This document shows, one piece after another, positions 1-9,485 of a stretch of DNA of 64,000 nt. The position numbers were made by a program, and so were the translations under genes. This stretch comes from a bacterium. Its GTDB lineage: Bacteria > UBA10199 > 2-02-FULL-44-16 > JAAZCA01. The first letter of the stretch is position 1. Every line of letters starts with the position of its first letter. The DNA is taken from NCBI GenBank assembly GCA_963674695.2, contig CAXXGI010000001.1, forward strand, positions 608,001 to 672,000, written 5' to 3'. The notes beneath the pieces are model-generated. The model was given only the letters and a program-made list of their open reading frames with translations, ran no database searches and was not told the DNA's origin.

Positions 1-12
1 TAGGATTGTGAC

Positions 13-40
13 GCAACAAACGCCCACGCCCTGCCGATAA
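13..40 (+). promoter_or_regulatory. sigma28/FliA-type promoter
   Basis: GCAACAAA-N12-GCCGATAA ahead of the RBS and ATG at 72; perfect sigma28 -10 element. Confidence 0.55.
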
Positions 41-71
41 TGGAGAGAGGGGAACGACACGGGAACTGAAC

Positions 72-635
72 ATGCGCAGTGGCGGTGGTGATGTGGGCAA
101 CGACGTGACGCGATTCTTTCGCGATATGTTCAACCTGCCGACGCGTTCATCCGAGGTCCGATTCGTCAACGAGGCCAGCGCTGCAGAGAAGGCCCCGCTC
201 GATCCGTGTGCATTTCTCAATAAATTTCACGATGTCAGCTCCTTCCAAAAAGCCGTCGAGGAACTCAAAGGAACCATCACGTGGCTCGGCCAACAGCGCG
301 GAACTCCGGGGGTCAAGCTCGCGACGATCGAGAGGGAACTCGTCCATCAGATGACCAGGCTGATCGAATGCGAGGCGATCCTCAACTCAAAACCGACATT
401 CCTCTCGCAGGGCGAGACGGTCAAGAAAACGAAACTGATCCGCGGCCTGCTCAACGACTGTCGCCGGGAGGCATCGCGCATCTCCGCACAGATCGTGAAA
501 CGCGTCACGCGCGAGGAACGCTCGCGCACCTTGAGCTGCGGATCACGGCTGCTGCGGCCGCAGGTCAAGCCCAAGCCGGCCGACTCCCCTGCGGTCAAAC
601 AGGATGCAACCCCTCCTCATAAACCAGAATCGTAG
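72..635 (+). CDS. hypothetical helical/coiled-coil protein, no signal peptide
   Basis: 187-aa ORF, purine-rich upstream region, promoter-like motif upstream. Confidence 0.6.
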   Translation: MRSGGGDVGNDVTRFFRDMFNLPTRSSEVRFVNEASAAEKAPLDPCAFLNKFHDVSSFQKAVEELKGTITWLGQQRGTPGVKLATIERELVHQMTRLIECEAILNSKPTFLSQGETVKKTKLIRGLLNDCRREASRISAQIVKRVTREERSRTLSCGSRLLRPQVKPKPADSPAVKQDATPPHKPES

Positions 636-697
636 AACCCCCTCCCCTTCTCCCCTTGTCTCGCAGGCCCTCTTGCCGCATACTGTCCTCATCACCT

Positions 698-1909
698 ATG
701 GATCCGATCATCATTCATGAACGGCAGCGCCGACGGCGATGGTTTCGCATGCGGGCCTTCACCTGGCTGCTCGTGCTCATCCTCTCGCTGCTGGTGGGGC
801 TGATGCTGTTGGGATGTCTTGCCTTCTCCGCACCGCCGTATGTCGGAGCACCCTCCGATCACTTCAACGGCGAGCAGTTCTTCAACCCGGGCGACGGAAA
901 CGATCGCTCCTTCGGAAGATTCCTCCACTGGATGTGGACGCGCGAGCCTGGTGCCTGGCTCGACTGGGTCGATGTGCCGCAGGGGGAGAAACCGCCGAGC
1001 CACGTGGGGGAAGGGAACCTGCGCGCCACGTTCGTCAACCATTCGACCGTGCTCATCCAGATGGATGGGCTCAACATCCTGACGGATCCGGTCTGGGCCG
1101 AGCGCATCGGACCGCTGCCGTGGCTCGCGGGCCCAAAACGCCACCGGCCGCCGGGGATCGCGTTCGACGATCTCCCGCATATCGATGTGGTACTCATCAG
1201 CCACAACCACTACGACCACCTCAATCTGCCCACGCTCAAACGCTTGGCGCTGGCACACCGTCCGGTCTTCATCGTGCCGCTCGGAAATAAGGCGCTGCTC
1301 GAAGCGGGCGGCATCGCCCCCGCCTTCGACCTCGACTGGTGGGATGAGCGCGCGCTCTCCTCGGAGGTCACCGTCACCGCGGTGCCCGCGCGTCACTTCT
1401 CCTCTCGAGGCTTGTGCGATCGCAACCGTACGCTCTGGGCCGGATTCGTCATTCAGGGACCGTCCGGCGTGGTCTACTTCGCCGGCGACACGGCCTGGGG
1501 CGAGCATATCCCGGAGATCCGTGAACGCTTCGGCCCACCACGACTGGCGCTACTCCCCATCGGCGCATTCATGCCAAAATGGTTCATGTCGCGCGCGCAC
1601 CTCTCGCCCGCTCAGACCATGCGCGCCCATCGCGAACTCGAGGCCGGCACGAGCATCGCGACGCACTTTGGCACCTTTCGCCTGGGCGACGACGGCATGT
1701 TCACGCCGGTCGAGGAGAGCTTCCGTGCGATGGACAAACAGGGGATCTCCCCGGTTCATTTTTGGGTGATGGAAAACGGCCAGGGGCGAGAGATCCCGCC
1801 GCTGGCAAAGGACGATCCCGCATCAGAAACCGCTGGTGACGAGCCCCCCGAGGACGGCGCCGTAAAAACTGGAGATATAGGGGTTGCGCGTGATCGGACA
1901 CGCCCCTGA
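698..1909 (+). CDS. MBL-fold metallo-hydrolase (NAPE-PLD/RomA-like), membrane-anchored
   Basis: SHNHYDHL, TDPVW, PARHFS, YFAGDT motifs; N-terminal TM; start assumed at ATG 698. Confidence 0.9.
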   Translation: MDPIIIHERQRRRRWFRMRAFTWLLVLILSLLVGLMLLGCLAFSAPPYVGAPSDHFNGEQFFNPGDGNDRSFGRFLHWMWTREPGAWLDWVDVPQGEKPPSHVGEGNLRATFVNHSTVLIQMDGLNILTDPVWAERIGPLPWLAGPKRHRPPGIAFDDLPHIDVVLISHNHYDHLNLPTLKRLALAHRPVFIVPLGNKALLEAGGIAPAFDLDWWDERALSSEVTVTAVPARHFSSRGLCDRNRTLWAGFVIQGPSGVVYFAGDTAWGEHIPEIRERFGPPRLALLPIGAFMPKWFMSRAHLSPAQTMRAHRELEAGTSIATHFGTFRLGDDGMFTPVEESFRAMDKQGISPVHFWVMENGQGREIPPLAKDDPASETAGDEPPEDGAVKTGDIGVARDRTRP

Positions 1910-1990
1910 CGCACAGCCGATGATGCGATAGAAGACGACATAGCCGACAACCGCTCCAATGATCACGCCGATGATGGTTTTCCACGGCAT
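1823..1990 (-). CDS. small membrane protein with GCxSGxCPIT motif (DUF6132-like)
   Basis: MPWKTIIGVIIG...GCASGACPITRNP; GGAGG RBS; follows trxA. Confidence 0.75.
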   Translation of the reverse strand: MPWKTIIGVIIGAVVGYVVFYRIIGCASGACPITRNPYISSFYGAVLGGLVTSGF

Positions 1991-2033
1991 ACAAACCTCC
2001 CCTTCAATACAGGGTGTACGTTCGTTCTGACAA

Positions 2034-2399
2034 TCATCCCGCCACGAATGAACTCTTCCCCTCATTCGGAAGATTCGCGATGCGCTCATCGATCCACTGG
2101 GCCAGCGCCGGTTCGGGCACCATTCCCGACATGCGATCGACCATTTGGCCGCGATGAAAGAGGATCATCGTCGGAATCCCCTGGATACCAAAGCGGTCCG
2201 GCGCGGCGTTATTCTCATCGACATTGAGCTTGGCCACGTTCAAACGCCCCTGATAGCTCTCACCGATCCGCTCGAGGATCGGCGCGATCATCCGGCAGGG
2301 CCCGCACCAGGGCGCCCAGAAGTCCACGAGCGTCGGCGTGGCCGAGCCCACCGTCGATTCAAACGATTGATCTGTAATTTCAGCAACATACTGGCTCAT
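2034..2399 (-). CDS. trxA: thioredoxin
   Basis: DFWAPWCGPC and GIPT motifs. Confidence 0.97.
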   Translation of the reverse strand: MSQYVAEITDQSFESTVGSATPTLVDFWAPWCGPCRMIAPILERIGESYQGRLNVAKLNVDENNAAPDRFGIQGIPTMILFHRGQMVDRMSGMVPEPALAQWIDERIANLPNEGKSSFVAG

Positions 2400-2498
2400 C
2401 GCATCCTCCTCATCATGTGGTTTCTACCCGTAGAGAGCCCACCGGGGCCCTTTCGTTACGGACAATTCTACCTGATCGATATTCATTTGGAAAAGGGA

Positions 2499-2525
2499 AC
2501 AACTTTCTGCGCGAACTGCCGATAA
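2499..2525 (+). promoter_or_regulatory. sigma28/FliA-type promoter
   Basis: ACAACTTT-N11-GCCGATAA. Confidence 0.65.
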
Positions 2526-2561
2526 AACTGATAGCTGAAATGCGATGACAAACCTTCGCAT

Positions 2562-2657
2562 GGTCATCCCCGCGAAAGCGGGGATCTCGATGGATCGCGA
2601 TAGTCGAGATTCCCCCGCCACACAACCGGCGGGCAGGCTGCTTTCGCGGAAATGACC
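2562..2657. repeat. REP-like inverted doublet with nested ~25-nt hairpin insertion
   Basis: GTCATCCCCGCGAAAGCGGGGATCTC ... GAGATTCCC[insert]GCTTTCGCGGAAATGAC. Confidence 0.8.
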
Positions 2658-2682
2658 GCATAGAGCTTGAACGACAGTCTGC

Positions 2683-4479
2683 ATGAGGAGATCATTTCCC
2701 CAGATGAATTTCGAAGCCCTGACAGCACGCGCACGCGAGCCGCATTCATCGACGGCCTTCGATCGCCGATCATTCGATCGCACCATTACATCCGTCGCCG
2801 ATGAGAGCGGCATGACCGCGCTGCGGCAGCAGAGCGTCGAAACCGTCGCCGCGGCAAAGGACCTGCTGGGGCTCAACGGATATTGTGCCGAATCCGGAAA
2901 GAATTCCCAGCTGTGCCGACCCATGTTCGGGCAGACGAGCGCCGCCACAATCATTGAAGAAGGCGCGGTCGTGGTCGAAAATATCGCCCTCGCCACCGGC
3001 GTGGCGCTCGTGGCCTGGGGCATGGGCGAGATCCTCGCTGCCGTCGGCGCATGGCTGGCAACGGCATCGACGGTCGAGGCCGGCATCGGCGCCGGAACGG
3101 GAATGATAGCGATCACCGCCGTCGCCTGCGGCGATGCAACCGAACCCTCCGAAGAAGTCATTCCCGATGGCGACATCGACCTGGACTTCCCCCTGCCCGA
3201 CGGCGACCGCGAACACCCCGAGTTTGCCCCCCATACAGACGGCGATGACGATTCCGTCGAGGGAGACGTCGAGATGGATCCCGCACTCTGCGGCAACGGC
3301 GCCATCGATCCGGGCGAGGAGTGCGAATCGAACGAATGGGGGGAATGGATCGGCTGCACCGACTGCCTGCTCGATCCCCAGCTCACCCTGCTCATCTCGC
3401 GCGTCGGCATTCCCGATGCCATCCGACGCGAAGAGGAACGCGCCATCTTTCGCATCGACGATGAGGAATCGCCTGCTATTCTCTGTTCGCTTCCCGAGCG
3501 CGATGCGAGCGGAACCTTTTCTCGCCTCCATCGTTTCGATAGCCGCACGTCGCTGACCACTTCGGTGCTGACCGGATTCTACGGCTCCCCTTGGCGCCAA
3601 GCCGCGGTCGATACCGAGACGAACTGGCTCTTCTACCAGATGCAAGAGTGGCAGGAGACGCGCCCGCGTCTGGTGCATGTTGACGACGGTATCGTCATCC
3701 CGCTGGAAGGGAAAGATGACGTCACGCTCGAAGGAATGGAGCGCGTCTGCGCCTCGCGGGATCTCACGCACCTGGGCGGCATCGCCCTCGTCGACGGCAG
3801 CCCCACCGATCCGGCGCGCACATTCCGGCGCACCTCGCTCAGCGATCTCATGGAGCGCAACGATCCGCCAAACCCCGCAGCGCAGGGCGTTCAGGTATAT
3901 GAAACGCTGCACGGGGAACTCGCCGCGGGCGCACGCGCCACGACCCATTGCATGGACGATAGGGGCAACGCCGCGATCGCCGGCTGGGACAGCGATCGCA
4001 ACGCCATCGGCGCGATCCTGCTCGTCGCGCCCGACAACAGCGTCACGCGCGTCGCACCGGATATCATCGCAAACGCATCAGCTTCGGCACCCGTCATCGC
4101 CCCCGAGGGCACGCTCTGCTTTCTGGCCATGGCAAGCGATGCCACGGAACTGATCTGCACCTCCGCCAACGACCCCGATGCGATCGAACGCAGCCCCGCC
4201 CCGGAGGCCGCGCGGGAGATCATCGGCATCAGCGACGATGGCCGCCAGGTCATCGCGTTCGACGGCGCACGCGCGCTCTCCCTCTTCGACCGCGAGTTAG
4301 GTCGCTGGATCGAACCGGATCTCGGCGGAATCACGCAGGGGGATATCATCGTCGCCGCCGCCGTGGCCGGCCGCTGGCTCTTCGTGCGCTCCGAATACAA
4401 CGACGGCGGTGACATCGCCACCGCCGTCTGGAGAATCTCTCTTGACGAGACGCTTACGGCTGTCCCTGCATCTCGATGA
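2683..4479 (+). CDS. hypothetical protein, module gene X copy 1 (N-terminal extension, Gly/Ala hydrophobic segment ending AVAC, acidic linker, myxococcal Cys repeat, propeller-like C-terminus)
   Basis: 598-aa ORF; paralog of 12726..14369; CGNGAIDPGEEC; start could be 2683 or 2704. Confidence 0.85.
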   Translation: MRRSFPQMNFEALTARAREPHSSTAFDRRSFDRTITSVADESGMTALRQQSVETVAAAKDLLGLNGYCAESGKNSQLCRPMFGQTSAATIIEEGAVVVENIALATGVALVAWGMGEILAAVGAWLATASTVEAGIGAGTGMIAITAVACGDATEPSEEVIPDGDIDLDFPLPDGDREHPEFAPHTDGDDDSVEGDVEMDPALCGNGAIDPGEECESNEWGEWIGCTDCLLDPQLTLLISRVGIPDAIRREEERAIFRIDDEESPAILCSLPERDASGTFSRLHRFDSRTSLTTSVLTGFYGSPWRQAAVDTETNWLFYQMQEWQETRPRLVHVDDGIVIPLEGKDDVTLEGMERVCASRDLTHLGGIALVDGSPTDPARTFRRTSLSDLMERNDPPNPAAQGVQVYETLHGELAAGARATTHCMDDRGNAAIAGWDSDRNAIGAILLVAPDNSVTRVAPDIIANASASAPVIAPEGTLCFLAMASDATELICTSANDPDAIERSPAPEAAREIIGISDDGRQVIAFDGARALSLFDRELGRWIEPDLGGITQGDIIVAAAVAGRWLFVRSEYNDGGDIATAVWRISLDETLTAVPASR

Positions 4480-6379
4480 GATCGAGCTGACACCGCGCAT
4501 CATTCCCGGTAAACGCTGCACACACCCGATATCGGAAGAGATTTATTGGATCCCCATTGATATACGGTTGCTGCATGACTTCAGGGGGTGCAAAGGTGTA
4601 TTCGATGCGATTGCCATTGCGGCAATAGCATAAAGCATGTTCTTCGCGCGCATCGTTACAAGAAGCCATATCAAGGCCAAAGTCATCACGTGGACCGAAT
4701 CGATCATAGAAGAGCTCATCGTATCCAGCCGGTTCAATCTCAAACATGGAGAGAACGCTGATCGACGCCGTATCCAGGTGTACCCCACTCATTTCGGGCT
4801 CAAATGGGCTGAAAAACTCCAAACAATTATCAACCCTATTGCCAGCCACGCGCGCGCACTCCGACTCTACTGCCTCGCGAAATGCCTGAAGCCACTGAAG
4901 CGAAGAACTCGCTTCGGTCGACCCATCATCGCGAGTCGAAATACCCGTTACAGGCACGCAAGCTCCTACATCGCGAAAGAGCATCGGCGTTTCCAACATA
5001 GATTCCATCCCATACTCCATGCGAAGGTCACGCGCCAGGCGCTCGTAGAGACAAACCCCGTTGGCATATTCGTCCGATCCAAAGGCCTCCGTTCGTTTCA
5101 CCATCGAACCACACTGATCTCGAAATGCAGGGATGACATCCGGGCAGTGATTCACAGAATCGACCGCGGGATAGAGCGGACAGCCGAGATCAGTGCCGCT
5201 CGTCACACTGCCGTACCGACATCGCGTTCCGTCCGCCGATGCCGTCATCCACTTGTTCTGACAGCCAACACACTTCTTCACATTGCGATCCCATATCTTG
5301 CCCATCTCCTCACAGCGCACACACCGCCGACCCTCTACCTTTCCCTTACACAGACAGCCCTCATCGGTCATGTCCGCATTTGGAATGCACTCACACTGCC
5401 CAGCACGATAGACCGCCGCAAGGTTCGGATGTGCCGGCACGCTCTCGCCCGCCATGGCACATCCGCATCCAGCTACACCCAGATAATTCCCCGTATCGTC
5501 GAAGTTACCCACCAACCGATAGTTCGGATCACTCGAAACACATGCCGTGCAAGTCATGTCCGCAAGCACAATTCCAGGACCGTCGTCGGGACAATTGCAC
5601 TGACCACCATCCATATAGGTTCCGCCTTCATACAAACCGGACTCCACCGCATCTCCCCGAGCCGTTTCGGGCTGCAACTCGCCCAAACAATTCGGACAAT
5701 GCGAGATATCCGCAAGGGCATTCCAGACATGGTGGATCTCACCATCCTTCTGTATGCGGAAAGAACACCCACACCAGCGCGGTTCATTTTCGGTCGTATA
5801 TCCGAGCAGCATGCGAATAAGCGGATTGAGTCGGAAGACCATGGAACCTGCCGGACAGGAACAGGAGAGGCCACGCGATTCCGCCCCGGTATAACAATCG
5901 CAACGCTCCTTCTCCTCGTTCCAACGACCATCCTCACACGCCACCCGCAGGCGAGCTTTCCCCAGATAGTCGATCGTCCCAAACTGGAACCCCGACCGTG
6001 CAGAAACTTTTCCCTCCGCATCACCGCCCGATACAATCAGATCCGTGCGCGCCTTCATCTGTTTGCCCATCGTCGCCATCGCAAGCGATGGAGATGCAAC
6101 CGGCTCAGCGATCGACACTACTTTTCCATCGATGCGCACGCGATCGGTGCCGACGAACTCCAGATCGAGTTTTTTGATCTGCGGCATGAGCTTCTCGGGC
6201 ATCCGCTGTTCCACCTTCACCATCGGCACCGCCTCTTTCTGCGGTGCTGCTTTCACCGCCGGTGCCGGCTTCGGCTTGCGCCCGAAGAGCTTGCCCCAGT
6301 CGAAGGCGTCGCTTCGGCCGGGCAGGCAGATGAGAACGGCGACGATGATGATGACGACCGATGCGTGTAGGCGTTTCAT
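4454..6379 (-). CDS. secreted Cys-rich protein, module gene Y copy 1
   Basis: Sec signal (MKRLH...SDA), GGAGG RBS, many CxC/CxxC motifs; paralog of 14372..15781. Confidence 0.85.
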   Translation of the reverse strand: MKRLHASVVIIIVAVLICLPGRSDAFDWGKLFGRKPKPAPAVKAAPQKEAVPMVKVEQRMPEKLMPQIKKLDLEFVGTDRVRIDGKVVSIAEPVASPSLAMATMGKQMKARTDLIVSGGDAEGKVSARSGFQFGTIDYLGKARLRVACEDGRWNEEKERCDCYTGAESRGLSCSCPAGSMVFRLNPLIRMLLGYTTENEPRWCGCSFRIQKDGEIHHVWNALADISHCPNCLGELQPETARGDAVESGLYEGGTYMDGGQCNCPDDGPGIVLADMTCTACVSSDPNYRLVGNFDDTGNYLGVAGCGCAMAGESVPAHPNLAAVYRAGQCECIPNADMTDEGCLCKGKVEGRRCVRCEEMGKIWDRNVKKCVGCQNKWMTASADGTRCRYGSVTSGTDLGCPLYPAVDSVNHCPDVIPAFRDQCGSMVKRTEAFGSDEYANGVCLYERLARDLRMEYGMESMLETPMLFRDVGACVPVTGISTRDDGSTEASSSLQWLQAFREAVESECARVAGNRVDNCLEFFSPFEPEMSGVHLDTASISVLSMFEIEPAGYDELFYDRFGPRDDFGLDMASCNDAREEHALCYCRNGNRIEYTFAPPEVMQQPYINGDPINLFRYRVCAAFTGNDARCQLDLIEMQGQP

Positions 6380-6418
6380 GGTGTCCTCCCGTGGGATGAT
6401 GCAGCGTCATCTATATGT

Positions 6419-6434
6419 AGCAAATTTCGTTCCA
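6419..6434 (-). promoter_or_regulatory. sigma54 (-24/-12) promoter
   Basis: minus strand TGGAACGAAATTTGCT, GG-N10-GC. Confidence 0.7.
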
Positions 6435-6569
6435 GGGATCGATAGGGTTCTGACAAAGAGAGGTGTTTTCGTTTTATGAGTGATAACGGAACCTTCCGGC
6501 AATCATGCCAATTCTATCGAGCAAGAAAGCAAGGCGAGGACGTCAATTCCGTAAAATTGGACGAATTGC

Positions 6570-6583
6570 GACGATTTTTTGAC
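6570..6583. promoter_or_regulatory. putative enhancer-binding protein site (FleQ-box-like)
   Basis: GTCAAAAAATCGTC on minus strand, ~140 bp upstream of the sigma54 promoter. Confidence 0.45.
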
Positions 6584-6599
6584 GATAACAGAGGATGAA

Positions 6600-7175
6600 C
6601 TACCGACACCGCGCGCCCTCGCGCAGTTTGGCCCGCCCACGATGGAGGCGCACGCGCAGGGCTTCCGCGGTCAATCCCAGCATCTCGGCTGCTTCCTCAT
6701 GCGTATGCCCTTCGAAGTCGACGAGCGTGACCGCACGGCGCATGCCGTCGGGAAGTGAGGCCAGGGCCCTTTCCAGACAGGTGCGCAGCTGATCGCTCTC
6801 GATCAACTCCTCGGGCAACGAAACGCGACGATCGCCCGTGGGCGAAGGAAGATGCGCATGGCGCTCATGGACATCATGCGCATCGTGTCCGGACTCCTCC
6901 TGTTTGCGTCGCCGTTTCTTGATGCAAAGCGATTGCGCCACCTTATAGAACCAGTTCTTGACGGAAGCCTCATGGCGAAAACCAGGGAGTGCATCGATGG
7001 CCACGGCGAAGGTCTCCTGCAAGACCTCCTCGGCATCCTCGCGATTGCCACAGACGCGATGGCCATAGCGTTCCATCCGATCGAAATAGCGATGCACGAG
7101 CTCGGCCAATGCGTCGCGATCGCCCCCACGATAGGCCGCCACCAGGTCTCCATCATTTTTCTCGATGCCGGTCAT
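6600..7175 (-). CDS. ECF RNA polymerase sigma factor
   Basis: DAEEVLQETF region 2; region 4 HTH (EEAAEMLGLT...RVRLHRGR); GAGGAG RBS. Confidence 0.92.
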   Translation of the reverse strand: MTGIEKNDGDLVAAYRGGDRDALAELVHRYFDRMERYGHRVCGNREDAEEVLQETFAVAIDALPGFRHEASVKNWFYKVAQSLCIKKRRRKQEESGHDAHDVHERHAHLPSPTGDRRVSLPEELIESDQLRTCLERALASLPDGMRRAVTLVDFEGHTHEEAAEMLGLTAEALRVRLHRGRAKLREGARCR

Positions 7176-7256
7176 ATCACTCCTCATACAAAAGCCGGGC
7201 ATGTGGATCACAACTGAACACTGGGGTCAATGGAATCGCCGCACCATTTATAGAGG

Positions 7257-7295
7257 TTGACAATGCAGGGAATTGTTAGTAACATATGTTCATAA
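7257..7295 (+). promoter_or_regulatory. sigma70 promoter with overlapping palindrome AACATATGTT
   Basis: TTGACA-N17-TAACAT; palindrome 7281-7290; ATG at 7295 near the predicted transcription start. Confidence 0.6.
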
Positions 7296-7651
7296 TGGTG
7301 AGACCGACACTCCAACGCCGTGTAGCCGCCCAACCGAGGGTGCGTCACTTCAAACCGCAGGGGATCCCGCTGGCCGATCTGGCGGAGGTCCAATTGGCCG
7401 AAGACGGCCTGGAAGCCCTGCGGCTCGCCGATGTGGAGGGGCTCTACCACGATGAGGCGGCCCGACGCATGAACGTCTCGCGCCCCACCTTCGGACGCAT
7501 CCTGGCCACGGCCCGACGCACGGTCGCCGAGGCGATCACGATGGGGCACGCGATTCGCATCGAGGGGGGCAGCGTCGAACAGGTCGCCCCACCGCGCGGC
7601 GGCGGGCGCGGCCGAGGTCGCGGACGATGCCGACGTGGGTGGCAACGATAA
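7295..7651 (+). CDS. DUF134 family DNA-binding protein
   Basis: FKPQGIP...LEALRLADVEGL...AARRMNVSRPTF...IRIEGG. Confidence 0.9.
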   Translation: MVRPTLQRRVAAQPRVRHFKPQGIPLADLAEVQLAEDGLEALRLADVEGLYHDEAARRMNVSRPTFGRILATARRTVAEAITMGHAIRIEGGSVEQVAPPRGGGRGRGRGRCRRGWQR

Positions 7652-7678
7652 CGGATGTATACAACGAGGAGGTGGATC

Positions 7679-8032
7679 ATGCCGGGATTCGATAGGACAG
7701 GACCGAGAGGCGAAGGACCCATGACGGGCGGTGGACGAGGGATGTGCAATCCTGCAGGCGGTACGGGTGGATACGGAGGCTACGGTCTCGGCCGCGGCGG
7801 CATGCCCTGGGGTGGCGGGCGCGGACGCGGCTTTGGCGGTGGACGCGGCTGGGGACGCGGTTTCGGCCGAGGATGGTTCGGCGCTGGTGCAGCTGCGCCG
7901 ATCGCAGCACCGACTGCGGATGACGAGCGCCGGTATCTCGCCGATCAACTGAGCCACCTCGAAAATGAGGTACGTGCAATCAAGGATCGCCTCTCCCAGC
8001 TCGACAAGCCGGATGAAAAGGAGCCCACATGA
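7679..8032 (+). CDS. DUF5320 family Gly/Arg-rich protein
   Basis: MPGFDRTGPRGEGPMTGGGRGMC plus C-terminal coiled coil. Confidence 0.88.
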   Translation: MPGFDRTGPRGEGPMTGGGRGMCNPAGGTGGYGGYGLGRGGMPWGGGRGRGFGGGRGWGRGFGRGWFGAGAAAPIAAPTADDERRYLADQLSHLENEVRAIKDRLSQLDKPDEKEPT

Positions 8033-8388
8033 AAATTCTTGTTACCGCAACAGCACCCGACGCGGATGCCGAAGTCGATCCGCGTTTCGGACGCGCCAAA
8101 CACTTCGCGATCTATGACACCGAGGAGAAGTCGTTCTCGTTTGTCGACAACGCGCAGAACTTGAACGCCCCGAGCGGCGCGGGCGTACAGGCAGCCGCCA
8201 ACGTCGCACGCGCCGGGGCCGAGGTGGTCATCACGGGCAACTGCGGTCCGAAGGCATTTCACACGCTCACCGCGGCGAAGATCAAGATCGCCATCGGGGC
8301 GACGGGCACGGTGCGCGAAGCGATCAAGAAATTCGAAGGAGATGAACTCGACATCGCCACCGAAGCGAATGTCGAAGGACATTGGTAG
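8029..8388 (+). CDS. NifB/NifX family (orange-protein-like) cofactor-binding protein
   Basis: VDPRFGRA, GAGVQAA, ITGNCGPKAF, NVEGHW. Confidence 0.92.
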   Translation: MKILVTATAPDADAEVDPRFGRAKHFAIYDTEEKSFSFVDNAQNLNAPSGAGVQAAANVARAGAEVVITGNCGPKAFHTLTAAKIKIAIGATGTVREAIKKFEGDELDIATEANVEGHW

Positions 8389-8406
8389 GATACCGAGGAG
8401 GTTCAT

Positions 8407-8634
8407 ATGCCACGAGGTGACGGAACAGGACCGATGGGCGGCGGAGGTGGCCGCGGTGGACGAGGTGGCGGTGGAATGGGCGGAGGTCGCGGGCGCATGG
8501 GCGGAACGGCTGCCGGGCTGGGTGGAGAGTGCGTCTGCCCCAAGTGCGGCAAGCGCATTCCGCACGGACGCGGCGCCCCTTGCAATCAGATACCATGCCC
8601 TGACTGCGGCACAACGATGACACGCGCCTCATGA
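8407..8634 (+). CDS. small Gly-rich protein with Zn-ribbon-like CxCPxCG...CPxCG
   Basis: MPRGDGTGPMG...CVCPKCG...PC...CPDCG; GGAGG RBS. Confidence 0.8.
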   Translation: MPRGDGTGPMGGGGGRGGRGGGGMGGGRGRMGGTAAGLGGECVCPKCGKRIPHGRGAPCNQIPCPDCGTTMTRAS

Positions 8635-9485
8635 GAATCGCCATCGCCAGCGGCAAGGGGGGAACGGGGAAGACGACCATCGCCACGAGCGTGGCGCTCG
8701 CACTCGTTCGCGCAGGGCGCGCCGCGCAACTCATCGATTGCGATGTCGAGGAACCCAACTCCCATCTCTACATCCATCCCGCCATCGAGAAAACCATCGC
8801 GGTGGACGTGATGGCCCCGATGGTCGATCAAACCACATGTACGCACTGCGGCGCTTGTGCCGAGTTCTGCCGTTTCAATGCGCTGGCCTCGCTCCCCGAT
8901 CAGACGCTCGTCTTTCCGGAACTCTGTCACAGCTGCACCGGATGTGTGCACGTCTGCCCGGAAAAGGCCATCGCAGCGATCCAGCGCACCATCGGTTCGA
9001 TCGAAATCGGTCACGATGGAAAGCTCATCTATGCCGCAGGACGCCTCAATGTCGGCGAAGCGCGCGCTACACCGATCATCGCTGCGCTCGACGCCCACAT
9101 CGATGCCGATCGCGTGACCATCCTCGACGCCCCGCCGGGCTCCTCCTGTCCGGTCGTCGAAACGCTGCGCATCAGCGACTTCTGTCTGCTTGTCGCTGAG
9201 CCCACGCCGTTTGGTCTGGCCGATCTCGAACACGTCGCGGCCGTCGCAGAAGCGATGAAGATTCCCCGCGCAGCCCTCATCAACCGCGACGGCATGGGGG
9301 ATGATCGCGTCGAACGATTCCTGGAGGAGAAAGGGGTGCCGCTCCTCATGAAGATCCCCAACGATCGCCGCATCGCCGAACGCATGGCCGGCGGCACGGC
9401 CCTCATCGATGTACGACCTGAGCTGGCCCCACCCCTGCTCGACCTGGTCGAAAAAATCGAACGACTCTCTCGTGAGGCATCATGA
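8631..9485 (+). CDS. MinD-superfamily P-loop ATPase with inserted 2x[4Fe-4S] ferredoxin
   Basis: SGKGGTGKT, DCDVEEPN, CTHCGAC, CHSCTGC. Confidence 0.93.
   Translation: MRIAIASGKGGTGKTTIATSVALALVRAGRAAQLIDCDVEEPNSHLYIHPAIEKTIAVDVMAPMVDQTTCTHCGACAEFCRFNALASLPDQTLVFPELCHSCTGCVHVCPEKAIAAIQRTIGSIEIGHDGKLIYAAGRLNVGEARATPIIAALDAHIDADRVTILDAPPGSSCPVVETLRISDFCLLVAEPTPFGLADLEHVAAVAEAMKIPRAALINRDGMGDDRVERFLEEKGVPLLMKIPNDRRIAERMAGGTALIDVRPELAPPLLDLVEKIERLSREAS

Noticed and set aside
4637-6370. 577-aa plus-strand ORF opposite Y1
   Set aside because: Codon-aligned antisense shadow with Arg/His-rich composition; the minus-strand gene has the signal peptide, RBS, promoter and a paralog.
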